Assembly (NCBI GenBank): GCA_026386845.1
Contig: JAPLMW010000028.1
Location: 2,729-66,728 of the forward strand
Direction: 5' to 3'
Source: Phycisphaerae bacterium
GTDB taxonomy: Bacteria; Planctomycetota; Phycisphaerae; Sedimentisphaerales; UBA12454
DNA length: 64,000 nt
How positions within the stretch are numbered: the stretch's first letter is position 1; each line of letters starts with the position of its first letter. Under the pieces are notes generated by a model. The model searched no databases and was not told where the DNA came from. It saw nothing but the letters and a program-made list of their open reading frames with translations. The position numbers were made by a program, and so were the translations under genes. This document shows positions 47,895 through 57,791 of the stretch, piece by piece.

Positions 47895-48999
47895 ATGTTA
47901 CTTTATAGCAAAGGAAATCCTGAAGCTGATTTAAGTGCAAAAGACCTTAAAGAAGGCCTGCACTCAGCGCTCGACAAACTCGGCAATCGCAGGAAAGTTC
48001 TTGTAATCGGCCCGGATATTACACGTTTTTATTGTAACACTTGGACGTGTGCCTGCTGATTTTATTAAGAAAGTCAGCGGCGGCAAATTAGATTACGACT
48101 GGCCTGCTCAGGTAAATAAGCTGCTTGTCGAGGGCGGCTTTGACCTGATTTTGTCAATCGGCCAGGTTGTGCCGCACGAAGTTATAGGTATGGCCAATTA
48201 TAACAAAAATATCTTTGTCGGCACCGGCGGCCCGGAAGGCATCAACAAGAGTCATTTCCTCGGCGCAGTCTGCGATATGGAAAAAATTATGGGCAGGGCG
48301 GACACGCCGGTCAGAAAGGTTCTTAATTACGCATCCGAACACTTCGCTAAAAAATTGCCGATTGTTTACGCCCTCACGGTTGTTTCGTCGGATGGCCCAA
48401 GAAATACGAATACCAGAGGTCTTTTCATAGGCGACGATATCGAATGTTTCAATCGGGCCTGCGAACTTTGTTTAAAGGTCAATTTTACAATGCTCGATGA
48501 ACCGCTCGAAAAGGCAGTTGTTTATCTTGACGGGCACGAATACAAAAGCACCTGGCTCGGCAACAAGAGCATATATCGAACGAGAATGGCGATGGCCGAT
48601 AATGGTCAGCTTATAGTTCTTGCGCCGGGAGTAAGGGAGTTCGGTGAAGACAAGGAAATTGACAGGCTTATTCGCAAATACGGTTATATCGGCACAGAAA
48701 AGGTTCTCAACGCCGTCAAGCACAATGAAGACTTAAAGGCGAATCTAAGCGCCGCGGCACATCTCATTCACGGCTCAAGCGAGGGCAGGTTTAAGATAAC
48801 ATACTGTCCCGGCAAACTTTCAAAACGGGAAATTGAATCGGTAAATTTCAGTTACGCTGATTTGTCTGAAATGCTGAAAAAATATAATCCGGAAAAACTT
48901 CAAAATGGTTTTAATACAATGCCCGATGGAGAAAAAATATTTTTTATCTCCAATCCGGGCCTGGGTCTATGGGCGTATAAAAACAGATTTAATCAATAA
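47895..48999 (+). pseudogene. DUF2088 / LarA-like (lactate-racemase-domain) protein gene with internal deletion and frameshift
   Basis: N-terminal piece MLLYSKGNPEADLSAKDLKEGLHSALDKLGNRRKVLVIGPDITRF, then out-of-frame residues and a stop at 48057-48059. The C-terminal 316-aa ORF (frame +1, open from 48007) reads IVTLGRVPADFIKKVSGGKLDYDWPAQVNKLLVEGGFDLILSIGQVVPHEVIGMANYNKNIFVGTGG... From memory, family members have ~70 aa between the PDxTRF and VTLGxVP segments. Confidence 0.6.
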
Positions 49000-49016
49000 A
49001 TAAGGAGTAAATGAAA

Positions 49017-50468
49017 ATGTCGAAAGCTGATATTGGTCTTATTGGTCTTGCTGTAATGGGTGAAAATCTCATCCTCAATATGGAAAGCAAGGGTTTTACC
49101 GTTGCCTGCTTTAACCGCACCGTTTCGAAGGTCGATGACTTTATCGCCGGCCGCGCGAAGGGCAAAAATATAATCGGCTGCCATTCCATCCAGGAGTTTT
49201 GCGCAAATCTCAAAACGCCTCGCAAAGTAATGCTGATGGTAAAGGCAGGTCAGGCAGTTGATGATTTTATCGAGATGGTTTTGCCTCATCTTGAAAACGG
49301 CGATATAATTATCGACGGCGGAAATAGTCATTTCCCTGACACAACCCGCAGAACGAAATATGTCGAAAGCAAAGGTAAACTCTATATCGGCACCGGCGTT
49401 TCCGGCGGCGAAGAAGGCGCTTTGACAGGACCATCGATTATGCCCGGCGGTTCGCCCGCTGCGTGGCCTGCCGTTAAGCCAATCTTTCAAAAAATTTCCG
49501 CTCATACTGATAAGGGCGAACCCTGCTGCGACTGGGTCGGCGAAAACGGCGCAGGACACTTTGTAAAGATGGTTCACAACGGCATCGAATACGGCGATAT
49601 GCAGATGATTTGCGAAACCTATCAAATGATGAAACAGGGCCTCGGTTTGACTAACGCCGAGATGCATAATGTTCTTGTCGAATGGAACAAAGGGGAACTG
49701 GATTCATATCTTATTGAAATTACTCGCGATATTCTCGCTTATAAAGACGAGCAGGGCAACGAAGTTATTGATTTGATTCTCGATACGGCAGGGCAGAAGG
49801 GCACAGGAAAATGGACTGCCATCGCCGCTCTCGACGCAGGTCAGCCCTTGACGCTTATCGGCGAAGCAGTTTTCGCGAGATGCCTGTCGGCACTGAAGGA
49901 AGAGCGTGTCGAGGCATCGAAAATTCTTACAGGCCCTGCAAAACCATTCAAAGGCGATAAAGCAAAGATGGTTAACGACCTTAGCAAGGCTCTCTACGCA
50001 TCGAAAATCGTAAGTTACGCACAGGGCTATCAACTTATGAGGTCAGTCGCGAAAGAATCCGGCTGGAATCTTAATTACGGCGGAATCGCACTTATGTGGC
50101 GGGGCGGCTGTATTATCCGCTCGGCATTCCTGGGCAAGATAAAAGATGCGTTTAAGAAAAATCCGAATTTGGTAAATCTGCTGCTCGACCCATTCTTCCA
50201 AAGAGCAGTCAAAAAATCCCAAAGCTCCTGGAGACGAGTTGTAAGGGCTGCTGTTGATATGGGTATTCCAATGCCGACAATAAGTGCCGCTCTTGCTTAT
50301 TATGACGGCTATAGAGCCGAGAGACTGCCGGCAAATCTTCTGCAGGCACAGCGTGATTATTTCGGCGCACATACTTACGAAAGGGTCGATAAACCTCGCA
50401 AACAATTTTTCCATACAAACTGGACAGGCCGCGGCGGCACTACAAGCGCATCGACCTATATCGCATAA
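49017..50468 (+). CDS. gnd: 6-phosphogluconate dehydrogenase (decarboxylating)
   Basis: MSKADIGLIGLAVMGENLILN (NADP fold), GGNSHF, and the C-terminal QAQRDYFGAHTYERVD. RBS aaggag. I prefer ATG 49017 over 49011. Confidence 0.93.
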   Translation: MSKADIGLIGLAVMGENLILNMESKGFTVACFNRTVSKVDDFIAGRAKGKNIIGCHSIQEFCANLKTPRKVMLMVKAGQAVDDFIEMVLPHLENGDIIIDGGNSHFPDTTRRTKYVESKGKLYIGTGVSGGEEGALTGPSIMPGGSPAAWPAVKPIFQKISAHTDKGEPCCDWVGENGAGHFVKMVHNGIEYGDMQMICETYQMMKQGLGLTNAEMHNVLVEWNKGELDSYLIEITRDILAYKDEQGNEVIDLILDTAGQKGTGKWTAIAALDAGQPLTLIGEAVFARCLSALKEERVEASKILTGPAKPFKGDKAKMVNDLSKALYASKIVSYAQGYQLMRSVAKESGWNLNYGGIALMWRGGCIIRSAFLGKIKDAFKKNPNLVNLLLDPFFQRAVKKSQSSWRRVVRAAVDMGIPMPTISAALAYYDGYRAERLPANLLQAQRDYFGAHTYERVDKPRKQFFHTNWTGRGGTTSASTYIA

Positions 50469-50502
50469 AACCAAAACTATTTTTAGATGATAAGGAGGTC
50501 AT

Positions 50503-51465
50503 ATGATTAAGGAGATTAAGGCAAACAAGCTTAATACTGCGCAGTTCATCAGCCAAAAGGTTAATGAAATAAAGAACGCAGTAGGAAAAGGATTAGCGAT
50601 TAACGCCTTGTCGGGTGGCGTCGATTCGTCCGTGGTTACAATGCTCGGCCACAAAGCCCTGGGAAAACGACTTAAAACCGTTTTTATCCAGAACGGCCTT
50701 ATGCGGCAGGGCGAACCGGAACGGGTCGTAAGCCTTTTCAAGAAATTGGGGGTAAAAGTTGAAATAGTCGATGCCCGCAGGGAATTTTTCGCGGCTCTTA
50801 AAGGCATAACAGACCCCGAAGAAAAGCGCGAAGCCATTACCCAGACTTTTTACAAAAAAGTTTTCGGACGCATCGTTAAAAAAAGCGGAGCAAGATTTCT
50901 TCTTCAGGGAACAATTCTCACTGATGTTGATGAAACTATCGCAGGAATTAAACGCCAGCACAATGTTTTTGAGCAGATTGGCATCAACCCGCAAAAGGCT
51001 TTTGGCTACCGTATCTTAGAGCCGCTGATTCAGCTTCGCAAGGATGGTGTAAGAAAAGCCGGCAGGGCACTTGGTTTGCCGAATGAAGTATTTAACCGCA
51101 TCCCGTTCCCCGGTCCGGCATTATCAGCCCGTGTGATAGGCGAAGCAAATCCTCAACGAATTGAAACCGTCCGCAAGGCAACAGCCGTTGTTGAAAAACT
51201 GCTTAAGGGTGTAAAGGCATTTCAATATATGGCGATTCTTCACAAAGACCGTGTAACAGGAATGCGTGCAGGCCGCCGGGATTTCGGCCAACAGATTGAG
51301 ATTCGCTGCTGGGACAGTATTGACGCCAGAGTCGCAACGCCAACAAAACTTCCCTTCGCAACCCTTCAAAAACTTGCTAATGAAATTCTCCGCAATGTCC
51401 CCGGTATCGTCAGTGTTACATATAACATAGCGACAAAGCCGCCTTCAACAATCGAAGCTGTTTAA
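50503..51465 (+). CDS. GMP-synthase-like PP-loop ATP pyrophosphatase (subunit-B type, no glutaminase domain)
   Basis: SGGVDSSV PP-loop, ITDPEEKREAI, LLQGTI..D, PFPGPALSARV, and a C-terminal KPPSTIEAV. RBS aaggagg. The 320-aa length is like archaeal GuaA-B. Confidence 0.7.
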   Translation: MIKEIKANKLNTAQFISQKVNEIKNAVGKGLAINALSGGVDSSVVTMLGHKALGKRLKTVFIQNGLMRQGEPERVVSLFKKLGVKVEIVDARREFFAALKGITDPEEKREAITQTFYKKVFGRIVKKSGARFLLQGTILTDVDETIAGIKRQHNVFEQIGINPQKAFGYRILEPLIQLRKDGVRKAGRALGLPNEVFNRIPFPGPALSARVIGEANPQRIETVRKATAVVEKLLKGVKAFQYMAILHKDRVTGMRAGRRDFGQQIEIRCWDSIDARVATPTKLPFATLQKLANEILRNVPGIVSVTYNIATKPPSTIEAV

Positions 51466-51473
51466 AAAATAAA

Positions 51474-51512
51474 AAGCCCCCTTTGCTTTTTGCAAAGCAG
51501 GAAAGGGGGCTT
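51474..51512 (-). terminator. rho-independent terminator of the sugar-kinase gene (hairpin shared with the convergent gene)
   Basis: AAGCCCCCTTT (51474-51484) pairs with AAAGGGGGCTT (51502-51512). On the minus strand it is followed by TTTTTATTTTTT. Confidence 0.75.
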
Positions 51513-51531
51513 AAAATTTCTCTAAAATTTT

Positions 51532-52611
51532 CTACCGCTGGATACGACCTCGTGAGCCTTTAATAAAATTCTCCACCTGCTCCAGAGTTACCATTGTTGT
51601 ATCTCCCGGCGTAGTTGTAAGCAAAGCGCCGTGTGCCCAGCCCAGTTTTACCGACTCTTCAGGACTTCTGCCGGTGAGCAGACCATAGAAGAATCCGGTA
51701 GCGAAGCCATCGCCGCCGCCGACTCTGTCGTAAACATTAAGTTCGCAGGTCGGAGCCTGATAAACCTTGCCGTCAACCCAGGCCACTGAACTCCATGTGT
51801 GATGATTAGTGGAATGCTCTTCGCGGAGCGTTGTGGCAACTGCTTTTACATTTGGAAACTGTTTTATAACTTCGCCGATTACCGCGACAAAAACAGAGGA
51901 GTCAAGTTTGGATTGCTTAACGACATCCGGACCTTTTACGCCCAGGCCATCCTGCATATCTGATTCATTGCCGACAATAACATCGACATTTTCCACAATT
52001 CGACGCAAAATCTTGACAGCCTTTTCCTGTCCGCCGCGGAACTTCCAGAGCTTGGCGCGATAGTTAATATCAAAACTTGTTACTGCGCCTTTGGATTTGG
52101 CGTATTTCATAGCTTCGATAATCAATTCCGATGTTGATTCCGACAGGGCGGCAAAGATTCCGCCGCTGTGCAGCCATTTAACGCCGTCTTTGAAAATTTC
52201 CGACCAATTAAAATCGCCCGGCTTGAGCTGGGCGGCCGCTTCAATGGCGCGATTGTAATCCACTTCAGGCGTCCGCACACCATACGCACGGTCGCTGTAA
52301 ACCAATGCCATATTCGGTCCCTGAACGCCGTCACGCTCGAACCAGACATAAAACGGTTTTACGCCCATTGCCCTGACTCGTTCCTGAATCAATCGGCCAA
52401 GCCGATATTTCACCATTGCTGTGGCGATACCGGTGTTCAGCTCAAAACAGTCCGACAGGTTAGCGGCAACGTTAAACTCGCCTCCGCTGACGTGGGCCTG
52501 AAAAGTCGTCGCTTTATGAAAAGGGATAATTCCGGGGTCCAAACGGACAACCAGGGCGCCGAGAGATAAAAAATCCAATGCGCCTTTCTGTGGTACAACT
52601 AACTTACTCAT
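51532..52611 (-). CDS. PfkB-family carbohydrate kinase (2-keto-3-deoxygluconate-kinase-like)
   Basis: C-terminal motif DRVGGGDGFATGFFYGLL (PfkB GxGD signature) and an N-terminal GGEFNVA-type motif. Confidence 0.75.
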   Translation of the reverse strand: MSKLVVPQKGALDFLSLGALVVRLDPGIIPFHKATTFQAHVSGGEFNVAANLSDCFELNTGIATAMVKYRLGRLIQERVRAMGVKPFYVWFERDGVQGPNMALVYSDRAYGVRTPEVDYNRAIEAAAQLKPGDFNWSEIFKDGVKWLHSGGIFAALSESTSELIIEAMKYAKSKGAVTSFDINYRAKLWKFRGGQEKAVKILRRIVENVDVIVGNESDMQDGLGVKGPDVVKQSKLDSSVFVAVIGEVIKQFPNVKAVATTLREEHSTNHHTWSSVAWVDGKVYQAPTCELNVYDRVGGGDGFATGFFYGLLTGRSPEESVKLGWAHGALLTTTPGDTTMVTLEQVENFIKGSRGRIQR

Positions 52612-52635
52612 AGCAAACCTTTCTAAATTTTATTA

Positions 52636-54246
52636 TTAGTGTTTAAAATGTCTTTTGCCTGTAAAGACCATAGCGATGCCGTATTTATCCGCAGCGGCGA
52701 TTACTTCATCATCTTTCTTTGAGCCGCCGGGTTGAACAATACAGGCAACGCCGACCTTCGCGGCGTTATCGACATTATCAGGGAACGGGAAAAACGCGTC
52801 AGAGCCCATCGCAGAGCCTTTGGTTTCCTCGCCTGCGTGTTTAAACGCCAATTGTCCTGAATCGATACGGTTCATTTGCCCTGCGCCAACACCTATAAGA
52901 CGCCTGTCTTTTACCAGCGTAATCGTATTGCTTTTTACGTGTTTTGCGCAAATCCAGGCAATTCTCAAATCCTCAAGCTGTTCTTTATTGGGTTTTACTT
53001 TTGTCGGATAGGTAAGCAACGCCGGCTCCCAGCCGATGAGGTCTCTATCCTGCAAAAGCATTCCGCCAACGATGCAGCGGACGTCAAATTCACTGCAATC
53101 TATTTTTGCCCTGTCTATCGGGCCTGTTTGAATCAATCGTGCTCTTTTGCCCCATTCTTTTAATGTCTTGATTGTCTCGATAGCGTCTTTGTCAAATTCC
53201 GGAGCGATTATCACTTCCGCAAAGAATCCGCCTGCGCCTTTAGCCTTGCCAAACCTTGCGTAAGATTCCATTATTGTTGCAGCAAGCGCCTTATCGACTT
53301 TTCTATTAAGTGCGACTATTCCGCCAAATGCGCTTACAACATCGGTTTCATAAGCCTTTTGATATGCCTTGTGAATATCATCATCAATCGCACAGCCGCA
53401 GGGGTTTAAGTGCTTGACTACCACAGCGGCAGGGTCGGAAAATTCTTTTACAAGTTCAAAAGCCGCGTTTGCATCGAGCAGGTTATTAAAACTTATTTGC
53501 GTCTGGTCTTCCATAAGGTTTGCGGATGAAATATTCACTTCATTATTGGCAGGCAGTTTATAAAACGCGCCGCTCTGATGCGGATTTTCGCCGTAGCGAA
53601 GTTCCATCGCCTTTAAAAGAGAAATGCTTATTCTTTCCGGGTATCTTATGCCGGCCTGCTGATTGAGATATTTTGAAATTGCCGCATCGTAGCTTGCGGT
53701 AAGGCCGAATGCGATTCTGGCAAAATCATTTCTTGTCTTTTCGCTTACCGTGCCGCTGTTGGCTTTCATCTCGGCAATTACTTTTTCATATTGCGCCGGA
53801 TTTGTTACTACCGTTACAAATTTATGATTTTTCGCCGATGAGCGGACCATACTCGGTCCGCCGATGTCTATATTTTCAATTGCGTCTTCGAATTTACAAT
53901 CAGGTTTTGCTACTGTTTGTTCAAACGGATAGAGATTTATACAGACCATATCAATCGGTTCAATGCCGTGCTTTTTCATCGCCGCCTGGTGTTCGGCGTT
54001 GTCCCTGATTCCCAGCAGGGCACCGTGAATTTTCGGATGCAGCGTCTTTACTCTGCCGTCCATCATTTCGGGAAAGCCGGTTACGGAATCGACGCTGACA
54101 ACGTTAACACCGGCCTGTGCAAGTGCCTTGGCCGTTCCGCCGGTGCTGATAATTTTAACGCCCATAGCCGATAAGCTTTTCGCAAATTCTACAACGCCTG
54201 TCTTATCGGAAACACTGATTAGCGCTGTCCTGATTTTCACATCCAT
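52636..54246 (-). CDS. purH: bifunctional AICAR transformylase / IMP cyclohydrolase
   Basis: ALISVSDKTGVVEFAK..., TGGTAK, MDGRVKTLHPKIHGALLG, and a C-terminal GGSKKDDEVIAAADKYGIAMVFTGKRHFKH. Confidence 0.95.
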   Translation of the reverse strand: MDVKIRTALISVSDKTGVVEFAKSLSAMGVKIISTGGTAKALAQAGVNVVSVDSVTGFPEMMDGRVKTLHPKIHGALLGIRDNAEHQAAMKKHGIEPIDMVCINLYPFEQTVAKPDCKFEDAIENIDIGGPSMVRSSAKNHKFVTVVTNPAQYEKVIAEMKANSGTVSEKTRNDFARIAFGLTASYDAAISKYLNQQAGIRYPERISISLLKAMELRYGENPHQSGAFYKLPANNEVNISSANLMEDQTQISFNNLLDANAAFELVKEFSDPAAVVVKHLNPCGCAIDDDIHKAYQKAYETDVVSAFGGIVALNRKVDKALAATIMESYARFGKAKGAGGFFAEVIIAPEFDKDAIETIKTLKEWGKRARLIQTGPIDRAKIDCSEFDVRCIVGGMLLQDRDLIGWEPALLTYPTKVKPNKEQLEDLRIAWICAKHVKSNTITLVKDRRLIGVGAGQMNRIDSGQLAFKHAGEETKGSAMGSDAFFPFPDNVDNAAKVGVACIVQPGGSKKDDEVIAAADKYGIAMVFTGKRHFKH

Positions 54247-54297
54247 TTGAATTGTCTTTCCCCTTAATTAATTTAATACTGCGGTCTTTTTTAAGCC

Positions 54298-55386
54298 TTA
54301 TTTTACTTTTGGCCCAATGCAGGAGATGTTTTTATCTTCCATAATATATATTTTGTCGTCATAGACATTGGCTGCGAATGTGGTTACAGGCGCGAAATTG
54401 ATTGTATAAATCTTTTTGGCCTGTTTGTTATCCATTACGATGCAGGTATTGTTTTTCTCGAAGACATAAGCCGTATTGCCGTTCTGGGCGAGCAATTCAA
54501 TCCCATCCGGCAAAAGCCAAATCTGTTTTCCGCTGTTTGCGTCTATCGCGTAAAGCCCCTTATTGATGGCGTATTGATAAACAATTGTCTCAGCAGCCCT
54601 TGCGGAGGTATCAAGTGCGGAACCGGCGTAAAATTTCCATATCATTTTTCCGCTGCCGGTGTCTAATTTATAAAGATTGGTATCTTTGCTGCCGACATAG
54701 AGCCAGTTTTGCACAATGACCGGCAGTGCCGTAACAGCCCCAACGGCGTCAAACTGCCAGAGCCGTTTCGGTTCGGACGGATTCATACATATTACATTGC
54801 CGGCTTTGGTTGTAAAAATTGCGAATTTATCGGTTGCAATAACACCTGTTATAGCGGAAGCATCGTTGTCGGAGCCTACTTTGAATCTTTCAAACCTGCC
54901 GTTGACGTCTGTAATATGCAGGCGTTTATCCGTTCCGGGAATATACAAATAAGCGGCATTTACCGCAGCAGCGGCGGAAACTGAAAAGGGAATTTTATGC
55001 CGGTAAAGTTCTGCGCCTTTTTCAACATCCACAGCAATGACATTATTGGCGGCTATCAAATAAGCAATGCCGTTATAATCCGCCGGCTCAAAAACCGGCA
55101 TTTTCGGCTCCGCGGCAGCAGCGGCAAAACTTAATCGGCCCGTATGCCTGTCTAAGCAGAACAAATAATTGCTGTTGGTTAAAATATACAGATAATTGCC
55201 GAGGACAGTTATTTTCTCCACCTTTTCCTTCGGACTTGTCCGACTGGGCGGATTTAAGGGAATCGCGCTTTGCCAGACCGTCTGCAGACCGGCTTCATTG
55301 AGCAACTTCTCGCTTATAACCGCGTCGCAAACCGACGGCAAAAATATCGTAAAAACCAACAACCAGACCAGGCAAAAGTTCTTCAA
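54298..55386 (-). CDS. secreted PQQ-like beta-propeller repeat protein (BamB-like)
   Basis: Signal peptide MKNFCLVWLLVFTIFLPSVCDA. Repeated LY.....G.l.a.D..tGk..W blades, for example GLYAIDANSGKQIWLL and NLYKLDTGSGKMIWKF. Confidence 0.65.
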   Translation of the reverse strand: MKNFCLVWLLVFTIFLPSVCDAVISEKLLNEAGLQTVWQSAIPLNPPSRTSPKEKVEKITVLGNYLYILTNSNYLFCLDRHTGRLSFAAAAAEPKMPVFEPADYNGIAYLIAANNVIAVDVEKGAELYRHKIPFSVSAAAAVNAAYLYIPGTDKRLHITDVNGRFERFKVGSDNDASAITGVIATDKFAIFTTKAGNVICMNPSEPKRLWQFDAVGAVTALPVIVQNWLYVGSKDTNLYKLDTGSGKMIWKFYAGSALDTSARAAETIVYQYAINKGLYAIDANSGKQIWLLPDGIELLAQNGNTAYVFEKNNTCIVMDNKQAKKIYTINFAPVTTFAANVYDDKIYIMEDKNISCIGPKVK

Positions 55387-55424
55387 GACTATCTCCCTGA
55401 AAAATTCTCATAATGCCGAAACAA

Positions 55425-55733
55425 TCATTCTACGGAATCAACATAGTCACATAGATTTACGCTGTGCTGCTGCTCAAACTTTCGCATCTGCTCGATTCTT
55501 TCTATATCGTCGTTGATGCGGTTCGCCAGCTTGAATATATAAGGCTTGCCTTCCAGGCGGTTCTTCAAATCCTGATACATCGGCTCCCATTTGCCGCCGT
55601 AAAGCTGAGCTTTCAGGATTATCAGCATTTTATGTTCCGATGAAAGCCCTTTGACGAAATCCGTTACCGCACTTTCGTGCTGTTTCCCGTCAATTTTACT
55701 GCCTTTGGGGGCAATTTTAGCCATAACAGGCAC
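55425..55733 (-). CDS. hypothetical small protein
   Basis: 102-aa ORF between the HEAT-repeat and propeller genes on the same strand. I recognise no motif. Confidence 0.45.
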   Translation of the reverse strand: MPVMAKIAPKGSKIDGKQHESAVTDFVKGLSSEHKMLIILKAQLYGGKWEPMYQDLKNRLEGKPYIFKLANRINDDIERIEQMRKFEQQHSVNLCDYVDSVE

Positions 55734-55760
55734 CTGAGACTAAGGCATAATTCAACCGAC

Positions 55761-57554
55761 TTATATTTTCGCCTGATTAAGAATCAGTTCTTTTACTTTC
55801 TTGCTCGGCAGGTTCAGCGACCCGAAAGCCGCTGCCGCGGATGATCGCAGCTCGGCATTTGCATCCGTTGACTGAACAATCGAATATATCCTGTTGACCT
55901 GCTCATCGAGCAGAAGATTGGCATTTACTTTCGCCGAGTCAGCCAGCGAGCTGAAAGCCGCAATTCTGATTTTTATTTCGTTGTCCTCCTTAAGTGCCAT
56001 TTCAGCGATAGCCCTCTGTGCGTCAGGACTGGGCAGATATACAAGAATCTGAATGGCAAGGAGTCTTATATCTTCTCTTGTATCATTCGCAGCGGACACG
56101 AGAGACGAAAGGGCGACAGAAAGGTCTATAACTTTATTTCTCGTCTGGGCAAGTTTCAGCATTGCCCGGCAGGCACGAGCGGCATAAGCATCGGCCTTTT
56201 CTTTCGGCCAGTTTGCGTCGGAAGCGGTTGAAAGAGCGTCAGAAAGATTTTTTACAACCAGTTCGCTTTCGGCGAATTTTTCGGTCGGACCGGCAAGAGC
56301 AATAGCGATGGCCGCGCTGAATTTAACCGCTCTGTCGTCATACGTCAAAGCATCAATCAGCGGCTGAGATGTCTTGAATCGGTACATAAGCGATTTTTCG
56401 CCCGCGTTTTTACCAAGGGCTTCAACTATACCAAGCGAAATCTCTGTATCTTTGTCTTTTATGGCACGGGCGAGCGCCTGATGAAGATATTCGGCTCCCG
56501 CCGTTGTGGCGTAAGTCATTGCATCAGCGTGACCGGAACCAAAATATTTCGGATATGCAATATTGGCTTTCTCTAACCGGTAAAAAGCGTCTAACCACAG
56601 CGAAATCGCATCCCCAAATTCAGGATTGGCCCGCAGTGACCATTCGCAGCATCGCATCGTCATAAGCTCGTGGAAATAAGATTTATCGACTTCCTCTTTA
56701 ACGAGCCTTTTGCCGTCTTTGTCCCAGAACCAGATATTTGCGAAGTTTGCCTCAGCGGCAGGGCGGAGCGATTCGGCTTTATAGTAGTAATTTTCCGCCA
56801 GTGCGTAAAAAAGTTCCGCTGCCGATTTGTTTACACTTGCCGAATCTATCTGGCTCATACTGTCAATCGCAATCTGGCGAAGCTGTTCGGATGAATCTTT
56901 TTCAGCGATAAATTTCAAATAGCCCAGCGATTCAGGGTATCCTATTTTGCCCAGCGCCTTTATTATTTCAGCCTTCACGGCGGCATTCTCCATAACAAGC
57001 GAAGCCGTCAGCGGCCGGACAGCCTCTTTGCCGATTTCGGGCAGGGCGGTAGTAATACTTGGTAATTCAGCCTTGCGGCTCTCGTCGCTAAGGGCGTCAA
57101 TCATATATGGAATCGCGTATTCGCCGGCGTTTCGCAGCCTTTCGATAGCGGTGTATTTGCCGCGAACGGTGCTGCTTAGTCTTTTAATTTCATCGCGTAT
57201 AATTTCGGAATCAGTCCGGCGGAGATACCGTCCCTGTTCAATAATATCGAGAATTTTTGCCGCAAGGGGGGCAAGGTCGGGATTGCTTGCTTGAACTTTT
57301 ACTAATATTCCATAACCGCTCGGATTGTCCTCGCTCAAACTCAATAATGTCAGCGGGTCGGCGTTACTGTCAATGATTTTTTGAGCAAAACCGGCGGCAA
57401 GGTCGAATCGCCCTATCACCGTATAATGCAGAAAATCATCCCAGTTGTCTTTGAGTTGTTGTTTATTTTCGGCCTGTTGTGCTGAAACGAAAGTGCTGAA
57501 AAGTAAACAGCTTAGAACCACAACTATCCTATTCTTCATAGATTTACTCCGCAT
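55761..57554 (-). CDS. secreted HEAT/ARM-like repeat protein
   Basis: Signal-like N-terminus. Recurrent alpha-helical repeats include AVRPLTASLVMENAAVKAEIIKALGKIG, DRAVKFSAAIAIALAG and EDIRLLAIQILVYLP. Confidence 0.55.
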   Translation of the reverse strand: MRSKSMKNRIVVVLSCLLFSTFVSAQQAENKQQLKDNWDDFLHYTVIGRFDLAAGFAQKIIDSNADPLTLLSLSEDNPSGYGILVKVQASNPDLAPLAAKILDIIEQGRYLRRTDSEIIRDEIKRLSSTVRGKYTAIERLRNAGEYAIPYMIDALSDESRKAELPSITTALPEIGKEAVRPLTASLVMENAAVKAEIIKALGKIGYPESLGYLKFIAEKDSSEQLRQIAIDSMSQIDSASVNKSAAELFYALAENYYYKAESLRPAAEANFANIWFWDKDGKRLVKEEVDKSYFHELMTMRCCEWSLRANPEFGDAISLWLDAFYRLEKANIAYPKYFGSGHADAMTYATTAGAEYLHQALARAIKDKDTEISLGIVEALGKNAGEKSLMYRFKTSQPLIDALTYDDRAVKFSAAIAIALAGPTEKFAESELVVKNLSDALSTASDANWPKEKADAYAARACRAMLKLAQTRNKVIDLSVALSSLVSAANDTREDIRLLAIQILVYLPSPDAQRAIAEMALKEDNEIKIRIAAFSSLADSAKVNANLLLDEQVNRIYSIVQSTDANAELRSSAAAAFGSLNLPSKKVKELILNQAKI

Positions 57555-57791
57555 AATAAAAGATGAGTCATTATAAATAATGAGGCTTATCTGTCAACAA
57601 AAAAGCCTTTTTGCAGTTAAAACGGATGATTAAGGCAGAAATGGCAAAATATCACCGGAATTTCAGCGTTTTTTACATAATGCGATACTCGTTTTTTATT
57701 GAATTTTGAATAGAATACGGTATAATTACATTTTCCGAAAATTGTAAATAATGGAGCCGCCTTTTTCAAAAATATCGAGAGGAAGATATAG

